A DNA stretch of 64,000 nucleotides from Eledone cirrhosa (taxonomy: Eukaryota): positions 419,926,001 through 419,990,000 of the forward strand of contig OZ024740.1 in the NCBI GenBank assembly GCA_964016885.1, given 5' to 3'. Shown here in pieces: positions 50,295 through 63,000 of the stretch. The notes beneath the pieces are model-generated. The model saw only the letters and a program-made list of their open reading frames with translations. It was not told the DNA's origin and made no database searches. Position numbers and translations under genes: made by a program. The stretch's first letter is position 1, and every line of letters begins with the position of its first letter.

Positions 50295-51003
50295 CCACTG
50301 CAAAGTGGTCGTGGAGGTGCCACGGCAAAAAAGCACCCAGCCCACACTGCAAAGTGGTCGTGTAGGCGCCACGGAAAAAAAACACCTACCACTCACTGTA
50401 AATGAGGTTGGTGTTAGGAAGGGCATCCAGCTGTAGAAATCAAGCCAGAATCAGTTCCTGTATGAGCAAGACAAGGTCAGCCGATCAGACACTGCCCACA
50501 ACCGGACAACCCATCTAACCCATGCTAGTGTGTAAGAACGGACGTAAAACGGTGATGACGATACGGATGGAGGCACATGGCTTAGTGGTTAGAGCATTGA
50601 GCTTGCAATCGAAAGGTTGTGAGTTCAATTCTCAGACCGGGTGATGTGTTGTTTACTTGAGCAAGACACTTTATTTCACATTGCTCCAGTTTACTCAGCT
50701 GTAGAAATGAGATGATAGGACTGAGGTCCATATCATTCCACTGCAAAGTGGTCGTGGAGGTGCCACGGCAAAAAAGCACCCAGCCCACACTGTAAAGTGG
50801 ATGTGTAGGTGCCACGGCAAAAAAGCACCCAGCACTCACTGTAAATGAGGTTGGTGTTAGGAAAGGCATCCAGCTGTAGAAATCAAGCCAGAATCAGTTC
50901 CCGTATGAGAAAGACAAGGTCAGCCAACAGGACAACCCGTCTAACCCATGCTAGCATGGAAGAATAGACGTAAAACGGTGGTGATGATGATGATGATGAT
51001 GAT
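50295..51003 (+). mobile_element. Two tandem RTE-tail copies flanking a SINE family B copy (50570-50725)
   Basis: 50296-50560 and 50738-51003 are near-identical and both end in (GAT)n. Confidence 0.8.
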
Positions 51004-51339
51004 TATTGACTATAAAACTCAGGAGTGCAATTACGTATCCACTAGGTTAGAGCGAAAACAAACTTTATTTTACCAATGTTTTCGGTATTGCTGAAATGCT
51101 GCTGGGAGGGGGGGCTCCAATAAGATAAGATAAAGAGTATTGAATATAAAGCTACCCCTTACTCTAGTATAGATATAAAACCCCCTACTTTAGTATGTGA
51201 AGTCTGAAATTGGTGCTTATTACATTGGAGAACTACTGTCAAACTGTGGAGCAGTATTGGGAGGGTAGGGAAGTGGATGAGGGGAGAGAAGATTGAGAAA
51301 GGAACAGAAGGGGAGGGGGTCTGTTTATAGGGAATGTCT

Positions 51340-51990
51340 AGCCTTTCCCTGTGATGGCTGAAATGAACCAAACAACATGCTGTAATTAAAAATGGAACGA
51401 GGGGGGTGGAGGGGGCACTGTGCTGTACTGAATACAGTGCTCCAGCCTGGCCTAGCCTTCTCTCTGATGGCTGAAATGAACCAAACAACATGCTGTAATT
51501 GAGATGGGGGTCTGTGTTTCTGTGGTAAATGTCTGCCATGCTGATTGTCATATACAATGGTGGCTAATGTTTAAATCGTAGTTGTTCATACTAGAGAGGT
51601 TCTTTCTGATGTAAAGTTTTAGTTTAGATGTTGTCTTCCTGTTTCTTCTAAAACAACTACAACGGTGCTAGGGGGGGGGGGGCACTGTGCTGTACTGAAT
51701 ACAGTGCTCCAGTCTGGCCTGGCCTTCTCTCTCATGGCTGAAATGAACCAAAGAACATGCTATAATAAAAAATGAACTGTGTGAGTGTGAGGAACAGTAG
51801 TGGGGGCGGGGGGCACTGCTGTACTGAATACGGTGCTCCAGCCTGGCCTGGCCTTCTCTGTGATGGTTGAAATGAACCCATGTGAGTGTGATGGACAGTG
51901 GGGGGGGGGGGGGGGCGTTTGGTGTTACACCAAATACAATGCTCCAGCCTGGCCAGGCCTAGTTATCTCTGTGATGGCTGAAATAAACTA
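51340..51990 (+). repeat. Locally dispersed ~70-bp direct repeats (4 full, 1 partial)
   Basis: GGCACTGTGCTGTACTGAATACAGTGCTCCAGCCTGGCC...GATGGCTGAAATGAACCA near 51413, 51680, 51830 and 51915. Confidence 0.85.
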
Positions 51991-52037
51991 TAATCAAAAC
52001 ACTTTTCAGAACGGTAGATAGAGATGTTTGGGTAAAT

Positions 52038-52342
52038 AATGTGTAAGTGTGTGTGTGTACGTGTGTGTAAGTGTGTGTACATGTGTATAAGTGTGTGTGT
52101 GTACATGTGTGTGTGTACATGTGTGTAAGTGTCTACATGTGTGTAAGTGTGTGTGTACGTGTGTGTACATGTAAGTGTGTATACATGTGTATAAGTGTGT
52201 GTGTGTACATGTGTGTGTGTACATGTGTGTAAGTGTGTGTGTACGTGTGTGTAAGTGTGTGTACATGTAAGTGTGTATACATGTGTATAAGTGTGTGTAC
52301 ATGTGTATAAGTGTGTATACATGTGTGTAAGTATGTATACAT
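52038..52342. repeat. (TG)n-based low-complexity tract with TACATG
   Basis: Direct inspection. Confidence 0.95.
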
Positions 52343-52712
52343 CCACTGCATATGATATAAATGCTTTGAAAAGTTTGTTTTTTTCGCGCGATTTTGTTTC
52401 TTGTTTCTTGTTTCAGGGCCCCCCCCCCCCTGTTTTTTAGCTATCCACCTTTTTCTTCCCCCCCACACATTTTAGCTATCCACTTTTTTCTTCCTCATTC
52501 CTCCCATCCCCACCCTCTTCATGTACCTCTCCCCTGTTCTTTAACTCACCTTTTTCTTCCTCATTCCCACCCTATCCCCATCCCACCCCTTTAATCTACC
52601 CCCTCCCTGTTCTTTAACTTACTATCTACCATTTCTTCCTTATTCACCCCCTCCTTCGTGGACCACCCCCCCCTTCTTTAAACTCACTATTTACCTTTTC
52701 TTCCTCATTGCT

Positions 52713-54597
52713 CCACCACCACCACCAACAACAACAACATCACCACTATCACCACCGACATAACCACCACCAACATCACCACCAACATCACCACCACCAC
52801 CACCACCATCATCACCACCACCAACATCAACACCACCACCACCACCAACATCACCACCACCACCACCATCATCACCACCACCATCATTACCACCACCACC
52901 ATCACCACCATCATCACCAACATCACCACCACCACCACCACCACCACCACCACCACCACCATCATCACCACCACCACCACCACCACCATCATCACCACCA
53001 CCACCACCACCACCACCATCATCACCACCACCATCACCACCACCACCACCACCACCACCACCACGATCATCACCACCACCACCACCATCATCATCACCAC
53101 CACCACCATCATCACCAACATCACCACCACCACCACCACCACCATCATCACCACCACCACCACCACCACCACCATCATCACCACCACCACCACCATCACC
53201 AACATCACCACCACCACCATCATCACCACCATCATCACCATCATCACCACCACCACCATCACCACCATCATCACCAACATCACCACCACCACCACCACCA
53301 CCACCATCATCACCACCACCACCACCACCACCACCACCACCACCACCACCATCACCACCATCATCACCATCACCACCATCATCACCAACATCACCACTAC
53401 CACCATCATCACCACCACTACCACCACCATCACCACCATCATCACCAACATCACCACCACCACCATCATCACCACCACCACCACCACCACCATCACCACC
53501 ACCACCACCACCACCATCATCACCACCACCACCATCATCACCACCACCACCACCATCACCACCATCATCACCAACATCACCACCACCACTATCATCACCA
53601 CCACCACCATCACCACCATCATCACCAACATCACCACCACCACCACCACCATCACCACCACCATCACCACCAACATCACCACCACCACCACCACCATCAC
53701 CACCATCATCACCAACATCACCACCATGACCATCATCACCACCACCACCACCACCACCATCACCACCACCACCATCACCACCACCACCACCACCACCATC
53801 ACCACCACCACCATCACCACCATCACCACCACCACCATCACCACCATCATCACCAACATCACCACCACCACCATCATCACCACCACCACCACCACCACCA
53901 TCACCACCACCACCACCACCACCATCATCACCACCACCACCATCATCACCACCACCACCACCATCACCACCATCATCACCAACATCACCACCACCACTAT
54001 CATCACCACCACCACCATCACCACCATCATCACCAACATCACCACCACCACCACCACCATCACCACCACCATCACCACCAACATCACCACCACCACCACC
54101 ACCATCACCACCATCATCACCAACATCACCACCATGACCATCATCACCACCACCACCACCACCACCATCACCACCACCACCATCACCACCACCACCACCA
54201 CCACCATCACCACCACCACCATCACCACCATCACCACCACCACCACCACCACCATCACCACCACCACCACCACCACCATCACCACCACCACCATCACCAC
54301 CATCACCACCACCACCACCACCACCATCACCACCACCACCATCACCACCATCATCACCAACATCACCACCATGACCATCATCACCACCGCCACCACCACC
54401 ATCACCACCACCACCACCATCACCACCACCACCACCACCACCACCACCACCACCACCATCATCACCACCACCACCATCATCACCACCACCACCATCACCA
54501 CCATCACCATCATCACCACCACCACCATCACCACCACCACCATCATCACCACCACCATCATCACCACCACCACCATCACCACCATCACCATCACTAC
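52713..54597. repeat. 1.9-kb (CAC)/(CAT) trinucleotide tract
   Basis: Phase-conserved triplets with internal block duplication (CATGAC marker near 53725, 54133, 54370). Confidence 0.98.
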
Positions 54598-55432
54598 CCT
54601 ATATTATTGGGAGGAGGGGGAGGCAAAGATGATGAGTAGCAGCAAAGAATAGGAATAACAAGGTTTTATATCCTCCTCCCATCCCCCCTCCCTCCTCCTC
54701 CTCCTGATAACAATTCTTCCTTGTTTATATTTCAACTTGCTTTACATTCATATCCAGGTAGCTATACCCTAAGTACATACCCCCTCCCCCCACTCCTCTC
54801 ATATATTTACTCTTTATCACATAAATCTATTAGTAGATATTTTATTTTTATTTGTTCTATTTTCTATTGTTTTTGTTTATTCTATATTATTTTACAGCCC
54901 TAAGTGATCTCTAATAGATGTAAGATAGTAACTATTAACTATATCACACTATACAAGTAGATATCTTCTTCTTCTTCTTCTTCTTCTTCTAAGAAGAGTT
55001 GAAATGCAAGATTTCACAGCTCTAGCATCACTCCTTCGTTGTCAGCCTATGAACTTTACAGTAACCCACCTTTGTAATGTGCTGATTCAGCTTACAAATT
55101 ATCTTGTGGGTACACGTGTCAGTGGAATATTTAACTGTTAACATGTCATGAGCTAGATGTTCACTTGACCCAACAACTGAGTGCTCAACATTGAAACTAA
55201 TGAAGGACCCATCAATAAATTAATTTTAAACATATATTCGGGTATATTAAAATCATATAAAACATTACCTTTGAGGCCCCCCAAAAATAAGGGCCAATGG
55301 GCACTTGCCTTTTCACTAGTGCTGGACTTACCTATAGGCTATAGCTCAGGGTCACACACCCTCTCGGGAGCCTGTTTTAAAAATATATTTTATCATTAGT
55401 TTTTATTCTTTAACACTAAATCATAAAACAAT

Positions 55433-55488
<56 letters not shown>

Positions 55489-55490
<2 letters not shown>

Positions 55491-56541
55491 TTTTATATGT
55501 GGCCAGTGCTCTGGTGCAATAAGTAGCAGCAAATGCCCACAGAATACTAGCTCATTCCATTGCCCAGATGGTTCTATAGAAATAGTGGACACCTTCCGTT
55601 ACCTGGGTGACAAAATCAGCAGTGGTGGAGGGTGCTCCGAAAGTACAGTAGCTAGAGTCAGAACGGGATGGAAAAAGTTCTGAGAGCTTATACCAGTATT
55701 GGCCGCTAAAGGGTTCTCTCTAAAAATAAAAGGCAGGCTGTATGATGCCTGCATACGAACAGCGATGTTACATGGCAGTGAGACCTGGGCATTGTGTGCA
55801 GAGGATATACGCAGACTGGAGAGGAACGAAGCTTGCATGCTCCGTTGGATGTGTAATAGTAATATACGCGAACGGCAAAGCATAAATGAACTAAGTGAGA
55901 AATTTGGAATAAGAGGGATCAGATGCTCTTTACTCGAGAGAAGACTACATTGGTATGGTCACGTGATGCGCATGAAAGATGACAGCTGTATAAAAAAGTG
56001 AGGGCGTCAAAATAGACAGTAGCTACGGAGTAGGCAGACCCAGAAAAACCTGGGACAACTTGATAAAATCCGACCTCACACACTTACACCTCTCCAAGAC
56101 AATGTCACTGGAGCGAGATCTTTGGTGCTACGCAGTAATACAGAAGACCCGCCTTGCCTAAGTACAAAGCGAAACCTACAGTCAGTAGGCACCTCTAACA
56201 AAAATACACCCCCGTCCCACTAACCCTACCCCCACCGCCATCTACACCACCCCTTTCGATGTAAAGTTATGTTGGTACCACAACATCCAGTCCTAAATAA
56301 ATGAGGTCGTGTAGGTGTCACGACAAAAAAACACACAGTCCACGCTGCAATGTGGCTGTGTAGGTAACACGGTAAAAACCTACAGTCCACACTGTAAACG
56401 TGGTTGGTGTTAGGAAGGGCATCCAGCCGTAGAAAACCCGCCAGACAGTCCTGAGCAAGACAACCACTCTTGCTTCAAGTGGGATGATTCCCGTCCAGAC
56501 TCATGCTAGCATGGAAAATAGACGTTAAACGATGATGATGA
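55489..56541 (+). mobile_element. RTE family 2 LINE, 5'-truncated, relatively young
   Basis: IEIVDTFRYLGDKIS...ARVRTGWKKF*EL...KGRLYDACIRTAMLHGSETW...RRLHWYGHVMRM, then 3'UTR and (GAT)n; (TA)n on both sides. Confidence 0.93.
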
Positions 56542-56744
56542 TATATATATATATGTGTGTGTGTGTATATATGTAATTTATTCTTTATCATTAACATTAA
56601 TATAAAAGAATTATTATTATTTCAAATTTTTTTTACCATATTTTTTTTACCATATGGGCCTCATATTTCATATAACCTTAGGTTCTCAGCAGGTGAAAGT
56701 TTGGCCCTGCTTCTCACATTGATTAAGCCTTTAAAAAGTAGCCA

Positions 56745-56960
56745 TCGTCATCATCATCATCGTCATCGTTTAACGTCTATCTTCCATGCTAGCATGGGTT
56801 AGACGAGTTTGTCCCACTTAAGGCAAGTTTGGTCAGGTCACCATGTCTCACTCATATAGAACTTTCTAGCTGGTTTTCTACTGCTGGATGCACTTCTTAG
56901 CACCAACCACATTTACAGTGTGGACTGGGTGCTTTTTGTCGTGACACCTACCTGACCACT
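56745..56960 (-). mobile_element. RTE family 2 tail fragment, inverted relative to upstream copy
   Basis: Reverse complement of ~56310-56541. Confidence 0.8.
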
Positions 56961-57049
56961 TTTCAATATATATATATCATCATCATCATACATCCTAGCA
57001 AGAGTTGGACAGGTCATCACTGACTTAGTCAATACTTGGGTGGAGCTAC

Positions 57050-60000
57050 TGATCTTTAGATGAACCAGAGACTTGTATTTCACTTAGATACATTGCCACA
57101 CTCTGCTGATCTCTCTCAGGTGAGCCACTGGCCTGTATTTCACTTAGATACATTGCCACACTCTGCTGATCTCTCTCAGATGAGCCACTGGTCTGTATTT
57201 CACTTAGATACATTGCCACACTCTGCTGATCTCTCTCAGGTGAGCCACTGGTCTGTATTTCACTTAGATACATTGTCACACTCTGCTGTTCTCTCGCAGG
57301 TGAGCCACTGGTCTGTATTTCACTTAGATACATTGCCACACTCTGCTGATCTCTCTCAGATGAGCCACTGGTCTGTATTTCACTTACATACATTGCCACA
57401 CTCTGCTGATCTCTCTCAGGTGAGCCACTGGCCTGTATTTCACTTAGATACATTGCCACACTCTGCTGATCTCTCTCAGGTGAGCCACTGGCCTGTATTT
57501 CACTTAGATACATTGCCACACTCTGCTGATCTCTCTCAGATGAGCCACTAGCCTGTATTTCACTTAGATACATTGCCACACTCTGCTGATCTCTCTCAGG
57601 TGAGCCACTGGTCTGTATTTCACTTAGATACATTGCCACACTCTGCTGTTCTCTCGCAGGTGAGCCACTGGTCTGTATTTCACTTAGATACATTGCCACA
57701 CTCTGCTGATCTCTCGCAGGTGAGCCACTGGTCTGTATTTCACTTAGATACATTGCCACACTCTGCTGATCTCTCGCAGGTGAGCGACTGGTCTGTATTT
57801 CACTTAGATACATTGCCACACTCTGCTGATCTCTCTCAGGTGAGCCACTGGTCTGTATTTCACTTAGATACATTGCCACACTCTGCTGATCTCTCTCAGA
57901 TGAGCCACTAGCCTGTATTTCACTTAGATACATTGCCACACTCTGCTGATCTCTCTCAGGTGAGCCACTGGTCTGTATTTCACTTAGATACATTGCCACA
58001 CTCTGCTGTTCTCTCGCAGGTGAGCCACTGGTCTGTATTTCACATAGATACATTGCCACACTCTGCTGATCTCTCTCAGATTAGCCACTGGTCTGTATTT
58101 CACTTGGATACATTGCCACACTCTACTGATCTCTCGCAGATGAGCCACTGGCCTGTATTTCACTTAGATACATTGCCACACTCTGCTGATCTCTCGCAGG
58201 TGAGCCACTGGTCTGTATTTCACTTAGATACATTGCCACACTCTGCTGTTCTCTCTCAGGCGAGCCACTGGTCTGTATTTCACTTAGATACATTGCCACA
58301 CTCTGCTGATCTCTCTCAGGTGAGCCACTGGTCTGTATTTCACTTACATACATTGCCACACTCTGCTGATCTCTCTCAGATGAGCCACTAGCCTGTATTT
58401 CACTTAGATACATTGCCACACTCTGCTGATCTCTCGCAGGTGAGCCACTGGTCTGTATTTCACTTACATACATTGCCACACTCTGCTGATCTCTCTCAGA
58501 TGAGCCACTAGCCTGTATTTCACTTAGATACATTGCCACACTCTGCTGTTCTCTCTCAGGTGAGCCACTGGTCTGTATTTCACTTAGATACATTGCCACA
58601 CTCTGCTGATCTCTCTCAGGTGAGACACTGGTCTGTATTTCACTTAGATACATTGCCACACTCTGCTGATCTCTCTCAGGTGAGCCACTGGTCTGTATTT
58701 CACTTAGATACATTGCCACACTCTGCTGATCTCTCGCAGGTGAGCCACTGGTCTGTATTTCACTTAGATACATTGCCAGACTCTGCTGATCTCTCTCAGA
58801 TGAGCCACTGGTCTGTATTTCACTTACATACATTGCCACACTCTGCTGATCTCTCTCAGGTGAGCCACTGGCCTGTATTTCACATAGATACATTGCCACA
58901 CTCTGCTGATATCTCGCAGGTGAGCCACTGGTCTGTATTTCACTTAGATACATTGCCACACTCTGCTGATCTCTCTCAGGTGAGCCACTGGTCTGTATTT
59001 CACTTAGATACATTGCCACACTCTGCTGATCTCTCTCAGATGAGCCACTGGCCTGTATTTCACTTAGATACATTGCCACACTCTGCTGATCTTTCTCAGA
59101 TGAGCCACTGGTCTATATTTCACTTAGATACATTGCCACACTCTGCTGATCTCTCTCAGATGAGCCACTGGCCTGTATTTCACTTAGATACATTGCCACA
59201 CTCTGCTGATCTCTCGCAGGTGAGCCACTGGTCTGTATTTCACTTACATACATTGCCACACTCTGCTGATCTCTCTCAGGTGAGCCACTGGTCTGTATTT
59301 CACTTACATACATTGCCACACTCTGCTGATCTCTCTCAGGTGAGCCACTAGTCTGTATTTCACTTAGATACATTGCCACACTCTGCTGATCTCTCTCAGA
59401 TGAGCCACTGGTCTGTATTTCACTTACATACATTGCCACACTCTGCTGATCTCTCTCAGGTGAGCCACTGGCCTGTATTTCACTTAGATACATTGCCACA
59501 CTCTGCTGATCTCTCGCAGGTGAGCCACTGGTCTGTATTTCACTTACATACATTGCCACACTCTGCTGATCTCCCTCAGGTGAGCCACTCGCCTGTATTT
59601 CACTTAGATACATTGCCACACTCTGCTGATCTCTCTCAGGTGAGCCACTGGCCTGTATTTCACTTACATACATTGCCACACTCTGCTGATCTCTCTCAGG
59701 TGAGCCACTGGTCTGTATTTCACTTACATACATTGTCACACTCTGCTGATCTCTCTCAGGTGAGCCACTCGCCTGTATTTCACTTAGATACATTGCCACA
59801 CTCTGCTGATCTCTCTCAGGTGAGCCACTGGCCTGTATTTCACTTACATACATTGCCACACTCTGCTGATCTCTCTCAGGTGAGCCACTGGTCTGTATTT
59901 CACTTAGATACATTGCCACACTCTGCTGATCTCTCGCAGGTGAGCCACTGGTCTGTATTTCACTTACATACATTGCCACACTCTGCTGATCTCTCTCAGT

Positions 60001-63000
60001 TGGGCCACTGGTCTGTATTTCACTTAGATACATTGCCATACTCTGCTGATCTCTCTCAGGTGAGCCACTGGTCTGTATTTCACTTACATACATTGCCACA
60101 CTCTGCTGATCTCTCTCAGATGAGCCACTGGTCTGTATTTCACTTAGATACATTGCCACACTCTGCTGATCTCTCTCAGATGAGCCACTGGTCTGTATTT
60201 CACTTAGATACATTGCCACACTCTGCTGATCTCTCTCAGATGAGCCACTGGCCTGTATTTCACTTAGATACATTGCCACACTCTGCTGATCTCTCTCAGA
60301 TGAGCCACTGGTCTGTATTTCACTTAGATACATTGCCACACTCTGCTGATCTCTCTCAGATGAGCCACTGGCCTGTATTTCACTTAGATACATTGCCACA
60401 CTCTGCTGATCTCTCGCAGGTGAGCCACTGGTCTGTATTTCACTTACATACATTGCCACACTCTGCTGATCTCTCTCAGGTGAGCCACTGGTCTGTATTT
60501 CACTTAGATACATTGCCACACTCTGCTGATCTCTCGCAGGTGAGACACTGGTCTGTATTTCACTTACATACATTGCCACACTCTGCTGATCTCTCTCAGA
60601 TGAGCCACTGGTCTGTATTTCACTTAGATACATTGCCACACTCTCCTGATCTCTCTCAGATGAGCCACTGGTCTGTATTTTACTTAGATACATTGCCACA
60701 CTTTGCTGATCTCTCTCAGATGAGCCACTGGTCTGTATTTCACTTACATACATTGCCACACTCTGCTGATCTCTCTCAGGTGAGCCACTGGCCTGTATTT
60801 CACTTAGATACATTGCCACACTCTGCTGATCTCTCGCAGGTGAGCCACTGGTCTGTATTTCACTTACATACATTGCCACACTCTGCTGATCTCTCTCAGG
60901 TGAGCCACTCGCCTGTATTTCACTTAGATACATTGCCACACTCTGCTGATCTCTCTCAGGTGAGCCACTGGCCTGTATTTCACTTACATACATTGCCACA
61001 CTCTGCTGATCTCTCTCAGGTGAGCCACTGGTCTGTATTTCACTTAGATACATTGCCACACTCTGCTGATCTCTCTCAGGTGAGCCACTGGTCTGTATTT
61101 CACTTACATACATTGCCACACTCTGCTGACCTCTCTCAGGTGGGCCACTGGTCTGTATTTCACTTAGATACATTGCCATACTCTGCTGATCTCTCTCAGG
61201 TGAGCCACTGGTCTGTATTTCACTTACATACATTGCCACACTCTGCTGATCTCTCTCAGATGAGCCACTGGTCTGTATTTCACTTAGATACATTGCCACA
61301 CTCTGCTGATCTCTCTCAGATGAGCCACTGGTCTGTATTTCACTTAGATACATTGCCACACTCTGCTGATCTCTCTCAGGTGAGCCACTGGTCTGTATTT
61401 CACTTAGATAAATTGCCACACTCTGCTGATCTCTCGCAGGTGAGCCACTGGTCTGTATTTCACTTACATACATTGCCACACTCTGCTGATCTCTCTCAGG
61501 TGAGCCACTGGTCTGTATTTCACTTAGATACATTGCCACACTCTGCTGATCTCTCGCAGGTGAGCCACTGGTCTGTATTTCACTTACATACATTGCCACA
61601 CTCTGCTGATCTCTCTCAGATGAGCCACTGGTCTGTATTTCACTTAGATACATTGCCACACTCTGCTGATCTCTCTCAGGTGAGCCACTGGTCTGTATTT
61701 CACTTAGATACATTGCCACACTCTGCTGATCTCTCTCAGATGAGCCACTGGCCTGTATTTCACTTAGATACATTGCCACACTCTGCTGATCTCTCGCAGG
61801 TGAGCCACTGGTCTGTATTTCACTTACATACATTGCCACACTCTGCTGATCTCTCTCAGGTGAGCCACTGGTCTGTATTTCACTTAGATACATTGCCACA
61901 CTCTGCTGATCTCTCGCAGGTGAGCCACTGGTCTGTATTTCACTTACATACATTGCCACACTCTGCTGATCTCTCTCAGATGAGCCACTGGTCTGTATTT
62001 CACTTAGATACATTGCCACACTCTGCTGATCTCTCTCAGATGAGCCACTGGTCTGTATTTTACTTAGATACATTGCCACACTTTGCTGATCTCTCTCAGA
62101 TGAGCCACTGGTCTGTATTTCACTTAGATACATTGCCACACTCTGCTGATCTCTCTCAGATGAGCCACTGGCCTGTATTTCACTTAGATACATTGCCACA
62201 CTCTGCTGATCTCTCTCAGATGAGCCACTGGTCTGTATTTCACTTAGATACATTGCCACACTCTGCTGTTCTCTCGCAGGTGAGCCACTGGTCTGTATTT
62301 CACTTAGATACATTGCCACACTCTGCTGATCTCTCTCAGATGAGCCACTGGTCTGTATTTCACTTAGATACATTGCCACACTCTGCTGATCTCTCGCAGG
62401 TGAGCCACTGGTCTGTATTTCACTTACATACATTGCCACACTCTGCTGATCTCTCTCAGATGAGCCACTGGTCTGTATTTCACTTAGATACATTGCCACA
62501 CTCTGCTGATCTCTCTCAGATGAGCCACTGGTCTGTATTTTACTTAGATACATTGCCACACTTTGCTGATCTCTCTCAGATGAGCCACTGGTCTGTATTT
62601 CACTTACATACATTGCCACACTCTGCTGATCTCTCTCAGGTGAGCCACTGGCCTGTATTTCACTTAGATACATTGCCACACTCTGCTGATCTCTCGCAGG
62701 TGAGCCACTGGTCTGTATTTCACTTAGATACATTGCCACACTCTGCTGATCTCTCTCAGGTGAGCCAATGGCCTGTATTTCACTTACATACATTGCCACA
62801 CTCTGCTGATCTCTCTCAGGTGAGCCACTGGTCTGTATTTCACTTACATACATTGCCACACTCTGCTGACCTCTCTCAGGTGGGCCACTGGTCTGTATTT
62901 CACTTAGATACATTGCCATACTCTGCTGATCTCTCTCAGGTGAGCCACTGGTCTGTATTTCACTTACATACATTGCCACACTCTGCTGATCTCTCTCAGA

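Noticed and set aside
50570-50645. tRNA-like sequences at SINE heads (also 5470-5542, 8808, 17320, 26003)
   Set aside because: They continue into CORE-like SINE bodies and lack a closed acceptor stem
52705-54652. 643-aa poly-His, 629-aa poly-Val and poly-Thr ORFs
   Set aside because: Translations of a stop-free trinucleotide tract, open in several frames, with no unique flanking coding sequence
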